Shown piece after piece: positions 39,638-53,423 of a stretch of DNA of 64,000 bases. The notes under the pieces are model-generated. The model made no database searches and had not been told where the DNA came from. It saw only the letters and a list, made by a program, of their open reading frames with translations. Positions within the stretch are counted from its first letter, which is position 1, and each line of letters starts with the position of its first letter. Origin of the DNA: Octopus vulgaris (taxonomy: Eukaryota); the NCBI GenBank assembly GCA_951406725.2, contig OX597816.1:62496001-62560000 (forward strand), written 5' to 3'. Both the position numbers and the translations under genes were made by a program.

Positions 39638-41088
39638 GTGCATGCGTCACTCAGGGTGCACTTGGTTTGTCGTTTGTGTGCGAGGTTTTTTTTGGGGGTG
39701 ATGTACAATATATATATTTTTTGGGGTGATGTACTCAGGGGTGATGTACTCAGGGGTGATGTACTCAGACTTTAGCCTGCCTGAGTTGTCTTCAGCAGAG
39801 GAGGAGCTGGTAAGAGCGGTCATAAAGATGGACGGAGTGTTGGAGAAGACAAGAAGTTTTGCTGAAGCCACGGAGATGAAGCGAAGGGTGTTGGATTTGG
39901 CTGGCCTGAAGATGTATGAGATAATGGTACAGAAGGTGGGAGGTGACGTGAGGATGTCGCTCCCCCCAAGGCATTATGGAGCGGATGGAGAGAAAACCGA
40001 TCACCTATAAGGTGTTCTCGTTAAAAGGAAAAAAGGCCGAGCAGGTGGAAACTGAAACAGAAAAGACGCTAAGGGAGCGGTCAAAGAAAATAATATACAT
40101 AACTAAAGGAAGGAGATATGGAACAATGGTCGTCCAATTTAGGACAGTAGATGAGGCGAAGAGGCTGGCGAGTGTGGCGGTGAAAACAGAGGAAGTAGTG
40201 CTTCTGCTCACATACCTTGGAAGATGAGGGTAGAAGCAATCCCACCTGATATAGAGGTGGCTTGGGCGGCGGCGGCTGTCCTTGTTGGAAGTGAGGAGAA
40301 AGTGGCTGTCCTTCAAGCCACTGAAACAGAAGAAGGAGGGTGGAAAGGGAAGACACTAGAATTAAATATACAGACGGAGGACAACTGGAGAGTTTGGAAG
40401 AAACGGTGACATTGGGGAAGATTGTGCTGAGAGTGTGGGTAGAAGGCAGAGTACCACATTGTTTCAAATGTGGCCAAAAGGGCCACATTAGAGCATACTG
40501 CCCTCTACAGAGGACAATAGCAGAGGAAACAGTTGTGGAGACGGAATAGAAAAGAGAAGAAAAGAAAGACGGAGGAAAGGAGGAACAGGAGGAACAATGG
40601 AGAGTAATAGAGAGTAGAAGGAAGAGAAAAAAGAAAGAACAGTGAGTATGACGTGGTACCCCAATCAACTCCATCCCACCCAAGACCAATCGGACCCACT
40701 CTCCCCATACAGACACCAAACCCACCCACCCCGTTTCCCCACAGGAAAAAAAGAGCATATAGCTCAGAATTTAGAAGAACTCTCTCCCGGTGGAAAAGGT
40801 TACGAGAGAGTGCAGTCATGGAACGATAGTGGAACTGGAACAGAGACTAAAAGGAAATTAGTACTCAGAGGCGGCAAGTTGTGTTGCTCAGTGTTGGGTG
40901 ATTAGCATACTCTTCATATTTTCAACTATCACGCATGTTAACATTATTTTAATTTGTTTTTCATGTTCATTTTCATGTTTCATTCATAATATTATGTTTC
41001 ATTTTTATATGTTTTTAATGTTATATGTCCCCACATGTGTTGTAGTGCCCCCTGTATGTAATGCCTTTATGGAAGAAATATTGAAATA
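39638..41088 (+). mobile_element. ORF1-only (gag-like, CCHC knuckle) non-LTR element with Tx1-like 3' tail
   Basis: Frameshifted ORF1 with RVWVEGRVPHCFKCGQKGHIRAYCP, no EN/RT, tail TGTAATGCCTTTATGG..GAAATAAA, imperfect 15-bp TSD. Confidence 0.8.
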
Positions 41089-41647
41089 AAGAAACTTGCT
41101 TACCAATCACATAGTTCCGGGTTCAGTCCCACTGCGTGGCACCTTGGGCAAGTGTCTTCTACTACAGCCTTGGGCTGACCAAAGCCTTGTGAGTGGAGTT
41201 GGTAGACGGAAACAGAAGGAAGCCCATTGTATATATATCGTGGAGTAATTCATTCATGAAGAAATGATTTGTACGTTCTGTCATATATTAAGCATGAATC
41301 GTTTAAATGTAGAAGGAGTGAGAGTGAAGGAACAATGAAATATTTTCACCTGAATACTGTGAAGTAATTATATCGAAAGCAAAGTGGGAACTGGAAGGTA
41401 GCAACATGTCGAAATACCACTCATCGTATGTGTGTGTGTATGCATTTGTGTGTCTGTGCTTGCCTCCCCCCCAACATCGCTTGACAACCGATGTTGGTGT
41501 ATTTACGTCCCCGTAACTTAGCGTTTTGGCAAAGAGTAGGAAAGGATAAGTACTAGGCTTGTAAAGAATAAGTCCTGGAGTCCATTTTTTCGGCTAAAAG
41601 GTGGTACTCCGTCATGGCCCTAGTCAAAAGACTGAAGTAAAAGAATA
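41089..41647 (+). mobile_element. SINE B, remainder of the split copy, with a 179-bp insert in its microsatellite
   Basis: CTTGCTTACCAATCACATAGTTCCGGGTTCAGTCCC onward. Confidence 0.88.
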
Positions 41648-41968
41648 AATGAATATTCTGATTGGCATTATTCATCTTCATTCGTTTGAATTTGATTGTT
41701 TTATACTTCAACTTCATGGGAACAAGATGATGCTGTAGTTACCACTGGATGTAGATCATGAAAGCAGTTGAGAGCTGATTTTATGATCATGCAACCTGCA
41801 AGAAATAGCAGTTGTATATACCACAAATCAAACCATACAAGATGTGCCGACACCGTTTTCCTCCTAACGAGAAAAAAGTTACGTCTGTGTAGTGATGAAA
41901 AGTAATATTTATTTATAGAACTAATACTCAGTTCGTTCTAGAGTTAGTTCTTTGTTAGTTCTACCATA

Positions 41969-42158
41969 GGCGTAGGAGTGGCTGTGTGGTAGGTAGCATA
42001 CTTACGAAACGCATAGTTCCGGGTTCAGTCCCATTGCGTGGCACCTTGGGCAAGTGACGTTTACTACAGCGTCGGGCCGACCAAAGCCTTGTGAGTGGAC
42101 TTGGTAGACGGAAACTGAAAGAAACCCGTCGTATATATGTATATATATATATATATCA

Positions 42159-42199
<41 letters not shown>

Positions 42200-42441
42200 T
42201 TTGTCTGTGTATGTGTATATGTGCGTGTGTGTATGTTTGTGTGTATGCTTTTGTGTCGGTATTTGTCTCCCACCATCGCTTGACAACCGATGTTGGCGTG
42301 TTAACGTCCACGTTAGCTAGTGTTTCGGCAAAAGAAACCGATAGAATAAGTACTCAGCTTACAAAGTATAAGTCCTGGGGGCGATTTGCTCGACTAAAGG
42401 CGATGCTGCAGCATGGCCACAGTCAAATGACTGAAACAAGA
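41969..42441 (+). mobile_element. SINE B, full length
   Basis: All family B blocks. Confidence 0.9.
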
Positions 42442-42659
42442 GTATCATAAATAAATGAAATAAAAAATAGCAAAACTAAAGGGATATATATATATATATA
42501 TATATTACATCAGGCATTTATAAATAGCGCGTCAATTGATGTTCCTAAGAGGTTGAAAGACCATAGAGAGTTTGTATTTAGAAGGCGATTTTGAATGGTT
42601 ATATTTTCTAAATTCGTGTTCTATTGTTGGTTTTTAAATTTCTTTTCTCATTATTCGTG

Positions 42660-43620
42660 TTCTTGACTTGGTTTTGTTGAACTTATTTTTTTGAAAACGA
42701 CTGCTCACACATGGAGGCGTTGCTGAACACTGACGCCATATTTTTTTGTGTGCGTGATAGGAGAAATTTAAATGCATCTCGTGTTCTATATAGATATTTC
42801 ATTAAGAATCCATGTAGAGATTCGCACTCTGCATGGAATTTAGCTTTTAATAAATCATGCCATTGTATCTCAAGAAGTTCCATTTTCGGCATCGCTGTAC
42901 ATTTTCGCATCAAATAGAATACAAAATATTCTGAAATTATCTGCGTGTTAACGAATATTACCAAACCGTGATTTAGGTAGAGAATATGGCCCTGAAATCA
43001 CGTTTCGCAGCCAAAAATATGCAGCTTGTCTGTAAGCTTTGTCTCTCTGAGGTGCAGAGATTGATTTTTTTTCGGCTGGCATATCCGCAGTTGAAGTTTT
43101 GTTTCAAAGACGAGTATGTATCGCCATACGTCATGAATCATCTGAGATTCTTCTATGTAGCAGCAAATTTATCTTATTTTATTCTCAATGAGTTAAATCA
43201 AGTAGATATGCTGGGCTTTGAAAGTCGTTCTAAATAAATGCGTAGAAACAATCTGTCTTCACAGTGCATGTATTCTTGCAAGCTTAACTCCTTGATTGAT
43301 CCAAACAACGTCGCAGTGTTGTAGCAAGTCTTCGTACCGAGTCTCTAATTTCGACAATACTTGCCGAAAATGATAGAGGTTCAATTTCTGTGACAAGATC
43401 AGCTCTACCGCTTATGTCACTGCGTCGATCGGGTCCTTCAGATGATTTTGCAATGTTGCATTTAATTGCGAGGCTTGTCCTTCGTCTTTAAAGTAAAGCT
43501 ACGATATTTTTATTTTGTTCAACGCAGCGCTTACTTCTACGAGCATTGAGACGTGTAGATTTCTGAATGATGAATATCAACCATCCTGCTCATTTGCTTC
43601 TTTTCTAGAGCTAATGTCAG
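42660..43620 (-). mobile_element. hAT (SPIN/GTF2IRD2-like) transposase C-terminal remnant
   Basis: MELLEIQ and MASVFSNASMCEQSFS resemble the hAT dimerisation motif FGSTYxCEQxFS. Confidence 0.65.
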
Positions 43621-43841
43621 AAGTCGTTCGTCCATTCACGGAAATATCAATAATTCCTTCTCTATCTTCTCTCCCCCTCTCTCTCTCTCTCTCCCTTTGT
43701 GTCCCTCTGGCTGCCTATCAGTCGGTCTGTCCCTCTGGCTGCCTATCAGTCGGTCTGTCTCTCTCTCACACACACAAACGTTATATATACATGTACGCGT
43801 ATGTTTATGTATATATATATATATGTATATGTATGTGTATA

Positions 43842-43898
<57 letters not shown>

Positions 43899-43902
<4 letters not shown>

Positions 43903-44001
43903 CCTGCTCGCTTAGCCAGCGGGGTGGTGTCATTCGAAGGCTAAAAGAATGCGAACGCATTGTGACCAGCGATGTGTAACAACATTTGATGGTCTGGTCG
44001 G
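43899..44001 (+). mobile_element. Isolated 3' tail module shared with 14961-15063
   Basis: GGCCTGCTC..TTAGCCAGC..GAAGGCTAAAA..GCATTGTGACCAGCGATGTGTA. Confidence 0.8.
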
Positions 44002-44752
44002 AAAAAAAGGAAAAGAAAAAAAAAGAAGATATATATATATATATGTATGTATGTATGTACATATATATGTATCTGTGTATCTATATATTTATCTATCTAT
44101 CTATCTATCTTTCTATCTTTCTATATATCTTTCTATCTATCTATCTAACTAGCTATCTATCTATCTGTCTATCTACTTTTTGTGTATATTCCACATACAC
44201 AAGTACAAGCACACACAGAAAACACGTACACACGTTAACAAGGGTGACATATAAGCAGTCATCAGAACTGCTTGAAATGTGAATCAGTTCACCCTAAAAT
44301 CAAATCCCAATCTTTGCAATAAGAAACAGCGAAGTGTCAGATACTAATTTTGACATGAGATGCACACCATTTTCGAAGCAAAACATAATTATCTTGATAC
44401 GTTATGATTTGAATGCCTCCGAATATCTATGTCTGAAGGATCTATGCAGCCATCTGAGAAAAAGATAAGAGAAACGCATATATACATATATTCTAACGAA
44501 TAATTATGAATGCAAAAAAAAAAATGTCTTATAAAAGAGAGGAGCAATGTTTGAACAGTTGTTATCTCCCTTCCATAAGTTTGTGATTTGTGTTTGCAGC
44601 TATTCTTATTTTCTAACAAAAAAACAGTAAAAAAAAATATTCCTTGCTCTGTTCTACATAAGCTCGAAAGACTTTATCTGCAACAGTCTCTGTGTATGTC
44701 TGAGAATACGTACATACATATATGCATATGTATGGTATGCATATAGAACTAA

Positions 44753-44818
<66 letters not shown>

Positions 44819-44837
44819 TTATATATATATATTTATG

Positions 44838-44868
<31 letters not shown>

Positions 44869-45585
44869 GTATACACATACCGCATATAAATACGTATATA
44901 TACGTATATAAGTGTGTGTATACACACATGTATTTGCAAATTATATACATTTACATACATACATAATACATATATACATACAAACACAGCCACATAAATA
45001 TGTACGTAGGTGGTATGCGTGTACATATGAATATATAAGGCATGCAATTAGTATTTAACCCATCACAGAAGCATTTCCATCCCGAGTCTTGTAGCAAAGA
45101 ACCCATGTTTGTTATAATTTTTTCCGCCTATTGTCTTATCTATATTTTATTTTCCTTCTCTCCTGTCACCTTATCTAAAACAATTATCTATTTAGACGCT
45201 TCGCACCATATTACACTATATTACATTAACTTATCTTTGTCCGTAACATACTTACACTTTTTCCTAGCATCTCACAAATACATCATACAAGCAAGCAGCA
45301 CCCCCGTGGCCTAGTCTTTCTGATTTTCTGTCAGAACTGTGAGATGGATGAACTTCTAAAGTGGACACAGCAACGAAGATAACAAATCACTTAGTCTAGA
45401 CTTTAATTGTGTGTTTGTCACTGACAGTAGAGCAAAAACATTTCTCTCCATCCTATCTTTCTTATCGTTGCTGTAATCTCATTGCTCTCATATACTCGGT
45501 AAATTCATCCTATCATATACTGTGCTGGTTGCTATTTATGTATTTATTTATTTACTTGGTTATTGTGCGTGCGTTTCAGCTCTCA

Positions 45586-45624
<39 letters not shown>

Positions 45625-45721
45625 TTTTTAGCATAATTTTAATCTTCATTCGCGTAGTCTCTCTCACTTTCGCTCTATTATGGATGTATATATGTGTATG
45701 TGCGTATATGAATACATACAT

Positions 45722-45796
<75 letters not shown>

Positions 45797-45986
45797 CACA
45801 CATATATATATGTATATATATATATATACACGTATATATATAAGTAAATATATTTATATATATATATATATATATATAAATACATATATACATATATACA
45901 TATATACATCTGTATTCATATATGCATGTATTTATGTGTATGTGTGTAGTGTGTATATCCATACATATAGACACACATACATACAA

Positions 45987-46025
<39 letters not shown>

Positions 46026-46510
46026 ATATCTCTAAGTATGTATACAGATACATACGGATTGATGTACATATATATATAGACATAACTATGTTTACACACA
46101 AAAGTTTATATGTATACATATACAAGTATGTATATATATATGTCTGTGTGTGTGTGTATGCAGATATGTATGCATGAATATATGTATAGATATACACATT
46201 TATGTGCATAGTTATGCTTCCATTGTATATAGCTGTATGGTTCCTTTATGTGCGCCGGGAGTTTTGAATATATTATTACCCTTACACTTTCGCTCAAAGC
46301 ATCTTCACAAGAAAATAAATCTTCTGATTATGAGATAGGACATGGGTCATAAGGTGAGAGACAGCGTCGGAATCTTTCATGTGTATCTGTCTATTCGCGG
46401 GGTGTGTTTATTAGTATATATGTATATACTTTTGCATATATGTATTTTTGTATACATATATAGACTCTTACATACACAGACACACACACACACACACATA
46501 CTTGTATATG

Positions 46511-46554
<44 letters not shown>

Positions 46555-46570
46555 AATACATACATATATA

Positions 46571-46603
<33 letters not shown>

Positions 46604-47274
46604 GCATATATATATATATTTACATTTGGGTGCATACATAGATGTATGTATATATATATATGTATATATATGTGTGTATAAATATATATATATATACATA
46701 TGTATGTTGCTGTGCATATGCATACAGACACATTCTCATACATTTATGGACACATATATACGTGTATGTGTATATAAATAGACATCCATGGAGATATATA
46801 AGTCTTTATCTTTATTTACATATTCATATTACATACACACACATAGATGTGTATATATATATATATATATATATGACCGGGTGTATGGTAATTTGCAATG
46901 GGAATGTGTATGCACGAACTGTGTTGATACATGAATGTATACGTGTGTGTATATATTTTATATACACACGATCTAATTGTTATTAGATATGTCTGTCCAT
47001 TTTGGTACAAGCTTGAATTTTCAAGTGTGTTGCTTATGTCTGATTATAAATTTCTGTTTTTATCCTTTTCCCCTCCGACTCTCTCACATTCTCTATCTCA
47101 GGGCATTCTCTTTCTCTCTCTCTCTCTCTCTTTCATTTTCCCCTCTCGTGTTTCTCCGTACGATAATTCACCAAATCATTTGAATATTTCATGTTTTGCA
47201 TATTGCACTCAGTATGCATCCCTACACGTATGTTCGTATGCTTGCATGTATTTATGCGTGTATTCCTTATCCTT

Positions 47275-47458
47275 TCTTTTATTCTTTTATTTGCTTCAGT
47301 CATTTTCACTACGGCCATGCTGGAGCACCGCCTTTAGTCGAGCAAATCGACCCCAGGACACATTCTTTGTAAGCCTAGTACTTATTCTATCGGTCGCTTG
47401 TGCCGAAGTACTATGTTGCGGGGACGTAAACACACCAGCAATGATGTCAAGCGATGTT

Positions 47459-47545
<87 letters not shown>

Positions 47546-47684
47546 GACGGGCTTCCACTCACAATGCTTTGGTCGGCCCGTGGTTATCATAGAAGACACT
47601 TGTCCAAGGTGCCACACAGTGGGACTGAACCTGGAACCATATGGTTGGTTAGCAAGCTACTTACCACACAACCACTCCAGCGCC
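47275..47684 (-). mobile_element. SINE B, near full length
   Basis: Family B blocks. Confidence 0.9.
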
Positions 47685-48351
47685 TATATGTGTAAATGCA
47701 TACATGATTGTTTGTATGTATGTACGTATGTAGAAGATGTGCGCTTATACAACTGAGAAACCCTTGCATGCTTTGCCTGTTGGCCCTAAAGGACCAAATA
47801 CGCAATACATATGCTGTCATATACAAGTGCCAATACCCTCTAGCGCTCTTTGCACGCAGACATGTAAATCTTTGAGTTTGCCTGTTCCTCTGTGTGTATA
47901 TGTGTGTAGTGCGTGCGTGAGCGTGTGTACGCGTATGTGTGTGTATGTGTGCGCGCGTGAATGTCTCTGTGTACGTGTGCGTGCGCCCTTCTACGCTCGT
48001 TTTTTTTTATTGGTTATTTGTGTGTTTGTATGTGTGTGCCCGTTTAGCGTGGTATCGTTTGTTGTTGGTTTGTACGGGTCAATCATTGCTTCTGTTTCAT
48101 TATGACGTGGCAAGGAGGTGCCTGTAACTTGATGATAATCATTCCAAAATTACTGAACTTTCATCTATTCGTTACATCCTTTGCCAATATGTATTTATAT
48201 GTGTGTGTATGTATGTGTGTGTGTGTGTGTGTGTTTTGTCAGGTTTTTGTATATGTGTTTGTGGTGTTCTGATTCTCTAGATTGTCGAGGAAAGGGGAAA
48301 GGTGTACTGAATAAATTCATAGAATATATTAATATAGACTCAATTTATTTG

Positions 48352-48394
48352 TCTCGTGATATGAGTTTCATGACACCGCCATCTTCAGTCGAGA
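48352..48394 (-). ncRNA. Degenerate minimal hammerhead motif
   Basis: TCTCGA-CTGAAGA-TGGC/GTCA-T-GAAAC-TCAT-ATC-ACGAGA. Confidence 0.5.
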
Positions 48395-48959
48395 ACATCT
48401 TTTCTTTCAGTGGTTAGTGTTAATTTCATACAAGACGAAATTGGTCACCTTTTTGTGTATTTTTATTGATGTCGTTGTTTCATATTAAATGCTGTTTTTT
48501 ATTGTTTTAGTAGGATTCGTTTTCTGTGTTTATTAATTTTGTAGATTGGCATTCGATAATAAATTACATTAGAGTTTTGAATCGTAGTTGTAGTGACATC
48601 TTTTATTAACTCGTTCTTTGTAAATTGTTTTTATTGTTTGCACTTGGTTATTTATAAGTTTATGAATCTGAATATTTCAACTGTTTCCGATGTATTTTTT
48701 TTTCTGATAAAGTTTTCCTTATTTCATATCCTTGTTATCCAGGTATTTTTGTTACCCATTTAATCGTTTGTAACTGCAGATATTTTTTCCTGCGAAGACT
48801 CACGTATTGTTATTTATGTTTCACGTTTTTTTTACTGAGATTTCATTTATGTACAAAAAATGTTACAAACTCACACACATACACACACAACATACTCATA
48901 CATATAGTAGTTGTTGAACCGGTCATCTATTTTTACCTTACACGTTTATCTGTTTAACA

Positions 48960-49041
48960 TTTATCTAATGATGGCGGGATTTTGACATGGTATAACCAAT
49001 AAAAAGCATCAATAAAACGCTGCGGAAACAGCTGTTGTAAA
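48960..49041 (+). ncRNA. Degenerate minimal hammerhead motif
   Basis: TTTAT-CTAATGA...GAAAC-AGCT-GTT-GTAAA. Core carries a G>A change. Confidence 0.45.
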
Positions 49042-49099
49042 TTTTAAGACTTACTTGTGTTCTTTTCTTATGCATATAAACATACATATATACATAGAT

Positions 49100-49800
49100 A
49101 CAAGAGTTTATTCCCCAATCATGGCTGCTGAAGTGTCTCCATTTGGCAAAATGCCTGCCCCCTTAATTGCTATTATTGAAAGGCTCACAAATGCTTGAGT
49201 CACTTAGAACAGAGTAATGCAACGGCCATCCCCAATGCTATGAATATATCAAAGGGATTATTACAAGGAGATATGTCTCTGTGCTTCTATTCATTTTGGC
49301 GTTAAATCCATTATCATTCATGTTAAAAAATACAAATGCTAGGGTCTGCAACTGTTAGAGATATTCATTTAGCCCTTAATTTCTTTGTGGATGACATTAA
49401 GAATTATGCTAAAAATAAAAATATTAGCAATGCCAAAAAACAACTGGAATTTATCGCATTTTCAGCTGACATAGGAATGGAATTTGGCCAGAAGAAATGT
49501 TCTTATTCAGTTCTCCCAGTCACAAAACCTGTGCATCAATGATCTCATATCTCTTCTGTCCCACACAAAAAATGCTACAAGTAACCTGGCATTATATATA
49601 TAATACCAATTTACTGTGAATAAAGATCGAGTGGCCCAAGAATATTATACCAGACTAATATAACTATGGCACTCCAAACTCTCCTCTTACAACTAGGCAA
49701 TATCCCATAATGCATTTGCTGATTCCCACATTTGGCTTACTTCACTGGTCGGTAGAAGAAATCCAATCCATAGACATTAAAACCAGCAAGATTCTAACGT
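49100..49800 (+). mobile_element. R4/Dong-like RT pseudogene fragment
   Basis: PQSWLLKCL, KGLLQGD, LALNPLSF, FFVDDIK, FSADIGMEFGQKKC. Confidence 0.85.
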
Positions 49801-50045
49801 CATGTCGCATAGAAAGGTAGTACCTTGATGACATTTTTGGGCAGCTGCTAATCACATGCATGACGTCTTACACAAATATGACATAATCTACATTTGCGGT
49901 TGGATCCTGGAACTCCAAGTGCGTCACTGTCTCTTCTGTTGATCAGGTATTTAGTAGCAACCTCCTGTTCTTCGATGGCAAATACATAGCCTTCGAAGTG
50001 AATCCTAGCTAGAAACTTCAGAAATAGACATTGACTTCTATGCAG
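49795..50045 (-). mobile_element. Inverted zinc-finger fragment of an R4/Dong-like LINE
   Basis: FEGYVFAIEEQEVAT...CRLC...HVISSCPKMSSRYYLSMRHD. Confidence 0.85.
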
Positions 50046-50548
50046 ACGAATGAACAGCAAATAACTACGGCACAGAGAGCCATGGAAAGATGTATGCTGT
50101 AAATACCTATTTCTTTACTACCCACAAGGGGCTAAACGCAGAGTGGAAAAAACAAGGACAGACAAACGGATTAAGTCGATTATATCGACCCCAGTGCGTA
50201 ACTGGTACTTAATTTATCGACCTCGAAAGGATGAAAGGTAAAGTCAACCTCGGCGGAATTTGAACTCAGAACGTAACGGCAGACGAAATACCACTAAACA
50301 TTTCGCCCGGCCTGGTAACGATTCTGCCAGCTCGCCGCCCTGTATGCTGTAAATACCGTTGCAGAAGAGTATTCAAAATGAGATAAGTTCACGAGAGAGT
50401 GGAATAAACGAGGTGTTTACAGAATGCCAAAATCACAAGTTTTACATGGTACACAGACAAGAGACACATGCATTTGTTGACTGGTATCCAAGAAAAAAGA
50501 TCAGGGAACTCTGATGGGTGATCTCCAACAGAAGATGGCGTGAAGATG
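50045..50548 (+). mobile_element. RTE-clade LINE C-terminal fragment, split by SINE A
   Basis: TTAQRAMERCML...DWYPR...RRWREDD. Confidence 0.7.
50108..50340 (-). mobile_element. SINE family A, young full-length copy
   Basis: TSD TGTATGCTGTAAATAC(C) at 50091 and 50341. Confidence 0.93.
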
Positions 50549-50551
50549 ATA

Positions 50552-51435
50552 TACAAGGGGTACAAAAAAGAAACTGTAATTTTGCAATGTTATTTTATTC
50601 ATTTAGTTTTACATGTTTTCACTTTTATCGCCTTCAAAGTATTCTTCATTTGAAGCAATACATCGGTTCAGACGCGTTCGAATCGGTCCTAGAACTCTTG
50701 CGAAGTGATACCTTTTAACGCATCTGTTGCTTTTTACTTTACCTCTTCCACATCTGCAAATTCCGTAGCACCAGTTTTCGTCACAGGTGATAACTTTCGA
50801 AAAATGGTCCGGACCATCTTTCAACTGTTTTTATAATGCACGATGCGCATTGAGTCGTAACTGGTTTTGATCTTCTGTGAGAGCAAGCGAGGCACAAATT
50901 TTGCTACAACCCTCTTCATTCACAATTCATTGCTGAAAATTCGTTGGCAGAAGCTCCAGGACAAGTTCACCAATTCTCCGGAGACGGTGTTCCCAGATCA
51001 TTTCATGAATTTTCGTGATGGTTTCACTCGTTCAGGAGATCGATGGTCGTCCTGAACGAGGTTTGTCTTCATGCGACAAGATTCTATTCCTAAAGCGTGA
51101 AAACCACTCACAAACTTCTGTTTTGCGCATGGCAGCGTCCTTGTAAGCTGTCTGAAGCAGGACAACTGTTTCATGCGCCGTTTTCCCCAGCAGAAAACAG
51201 AAATTCACGGAACACTACTGTTTCCTCGTTTCAGCCATCGCAAAAATCAACCAACAGGAGAGAAACGCTGCAAAACAAATGCACATCACGTAGCAGTACG
51301 ACTCGCCAGGAAGACGCCGGTTGCCTGACTGACGCTTGAGTGTGGCATCAAGTGGCTTATAGTGGCAGAAGCGGGAACTACAACGGGCTTGTCCGACACC
51401 GAACGTCTCCGGTCACTTTTCGATACCACCTTGTA
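50552..51435 (-). mobile_element. mariner element, internally deleted
   Basis: VITCDENWCY and CIASNEEYFEGD motifs, imperfect TIRs TA-CAAGG..GTA. Confidence 0.85.
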
Positions 51436-52615
51436 AATTTTCCGTGGAAAAGGATGGTGCTACGAGGGGAAGAGATAATCAGGAATGTAGATTATATATT
51501 ACTGCATGTAGGTACATATATATTTATATATTATAAATATAGCTATATATACATATATATTTGTGTGTGTGTGTGTGCATGTTGCACTGTACCTTAGTCT
51601 TGACTCTCCCCTCATGTATTTAAGGCATAAATAAGATACCCCAATGCAACATATTCCAATCTGCGTAATCCATCTTAAATTATATGACATTTATGCCATT
51701 GAACATTATTTTACCGTCCAGAAATCACGGAGGAAATTGCTACATGTTTGTTAGATTTACAAGAGATAACATCCAAATCGTTCTCAGATTGTATCCTAGA
51801 AACCCAAACACCATTAAATAGCGTAAGTCGCTATAAATGATTCCTAGAGAAGGAATTTTATGATGACGTGATGACAGAGGCTGGAAGATTGATTTTAAAA
51901 TTGGTAAATCAGTGTGCTAAACAAGTATATCCTTATATTTAAACGAACCATATATAAAGTCACATGGTATTTGCATAACCATTAAGAAAATGGATACAAG
52001 AACAATTTGTAGTTCTAGATACAATATCCTTGCAAATAATACAACACTTTTACAGTTTTGAGTTTCTTTCCTCATAACTCTGCTTAAAAAGAGCTAATTT
52101 TGTAATAAACAACAGCAAGAGGTATGTTCAGAACGCATTAAACTAAGGTTTTAATGACGTATCCAAATAATTATCGTTACAGATGTTTGTATACGACGTG
52201 TGTCACAAATATCTAAGATCGTGAATTTATTCATTGTTTGATCTGGACGAAAGGGTTGTGTCCATGTCTTGGAGAGGTACGAGAAACTATGCACTTCGAC
52301 GTAGTTAAAGTTCTTTTTAAATAGATATAAATCGACGGCTGTTAGAAAGAAATACATGGGAAAGGAAGGACTTCTAGAGACCCTATATTGCAAGGATGAA
52401 AGCTTAGTTGTAGAGGTTAATTCAAAGCCTGGGCGTTGACTCAGTATGCATGAGGATAATTAGAGAGACGTCTAAGTCAGGGGGTTCTCAGTTGGGGTGA
52501 CATGGCATTAGCCATCCCTACGGAAGATAAACCATTTTTGTAACAGTAGCAAAGCCAAATATTGATCTAGTCACTGTATATAAATATATATATAGTCTCA
52601 TTATAATTGGTCTGT

Positions 52616-52898
52616 GGAGGCGCAACGGCCCAGTGGTTAGGGCAGCAGACTCGCAGTCGGAGGATCGCGGTTTCGATTCCCAGACCGGGCGTTGTGTGTG
52701 TTTATTGAGCGAAAAACACCTAAAGCTCCACGAGCCCCCGGAAGGGGGTGGTGGCGACCTCTGTTGTACTCTTTCGCCCCAACTTTCTCTCACTCTTTCT
52801 TCTTGTTTTTTGAGTAACGATGCTATGGACTGGCGTCCCGTCCAGCTGGGGGGAACACATAGGCCATAGAAACCGGGCCCATGAACCTGGCTAGGCGT
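52616..52898 (+). mobile_element. SINE family C, full length
   Basis: tRNA-like head GGCCCAGTGGTTAGGGCAGCAGACTCGC...GGTTTCGATTCCC, tail ATGGACTGGCGTCCCGTCCAGC...GAAACCGGG. Confidence 0.9.
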
Positions 52899-53382
52899 AA
52901 ATAAAAAAATAATAATTAGTCTGTAGGCTAGGGTTTAATCGAGCGAGCGACTTAAATGCGGTGACCTGTTATGATGATGTCGTTGTATGTAGTATCAACC
53001 TCATTGCAGATAATAGCAGTAATAGCATTGCTTAGTTATATCACGTGATTTATCAGTATATGGGGCGGGGATGAATTAAGTATTTCGTGACCAGTTTTTT
53101 TCTGGTGCAGTCATTATTGATGTTTCTAGCTGTGCCTTGTTAGTGTTTATGGTAGGTACGATGTTATATTGTTCAAATAGGGACTAACGCTGTGCTGTTG
53201 AACTAGACAAGACTAGCATGACAAAATTGGATTGGGAGATATGTTATTTTAAATGGGTGATATATCCTTGACAAAATTAAGGAAAAAGCGTATGTGATTC
53301 ATTTACTAAAAAAATTGTTAATATTTATTGATTGCGGTTGATACAGTACTGAACGTAAAAGGCTTGGGTTAGAGTGTCCATA

Positions 53383-53423
<41 letters not shown>

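Noticed and set aside
46931-47695. 254-aa ORF, the longest in the track
   Set aside because: It runs through low-complexity DNA and an antisense SINE B.
52616-52690. Possible tRNA gene
   Set aside because: It continues into a SINE body repeated elsewhere and has no proper acceptor stem.
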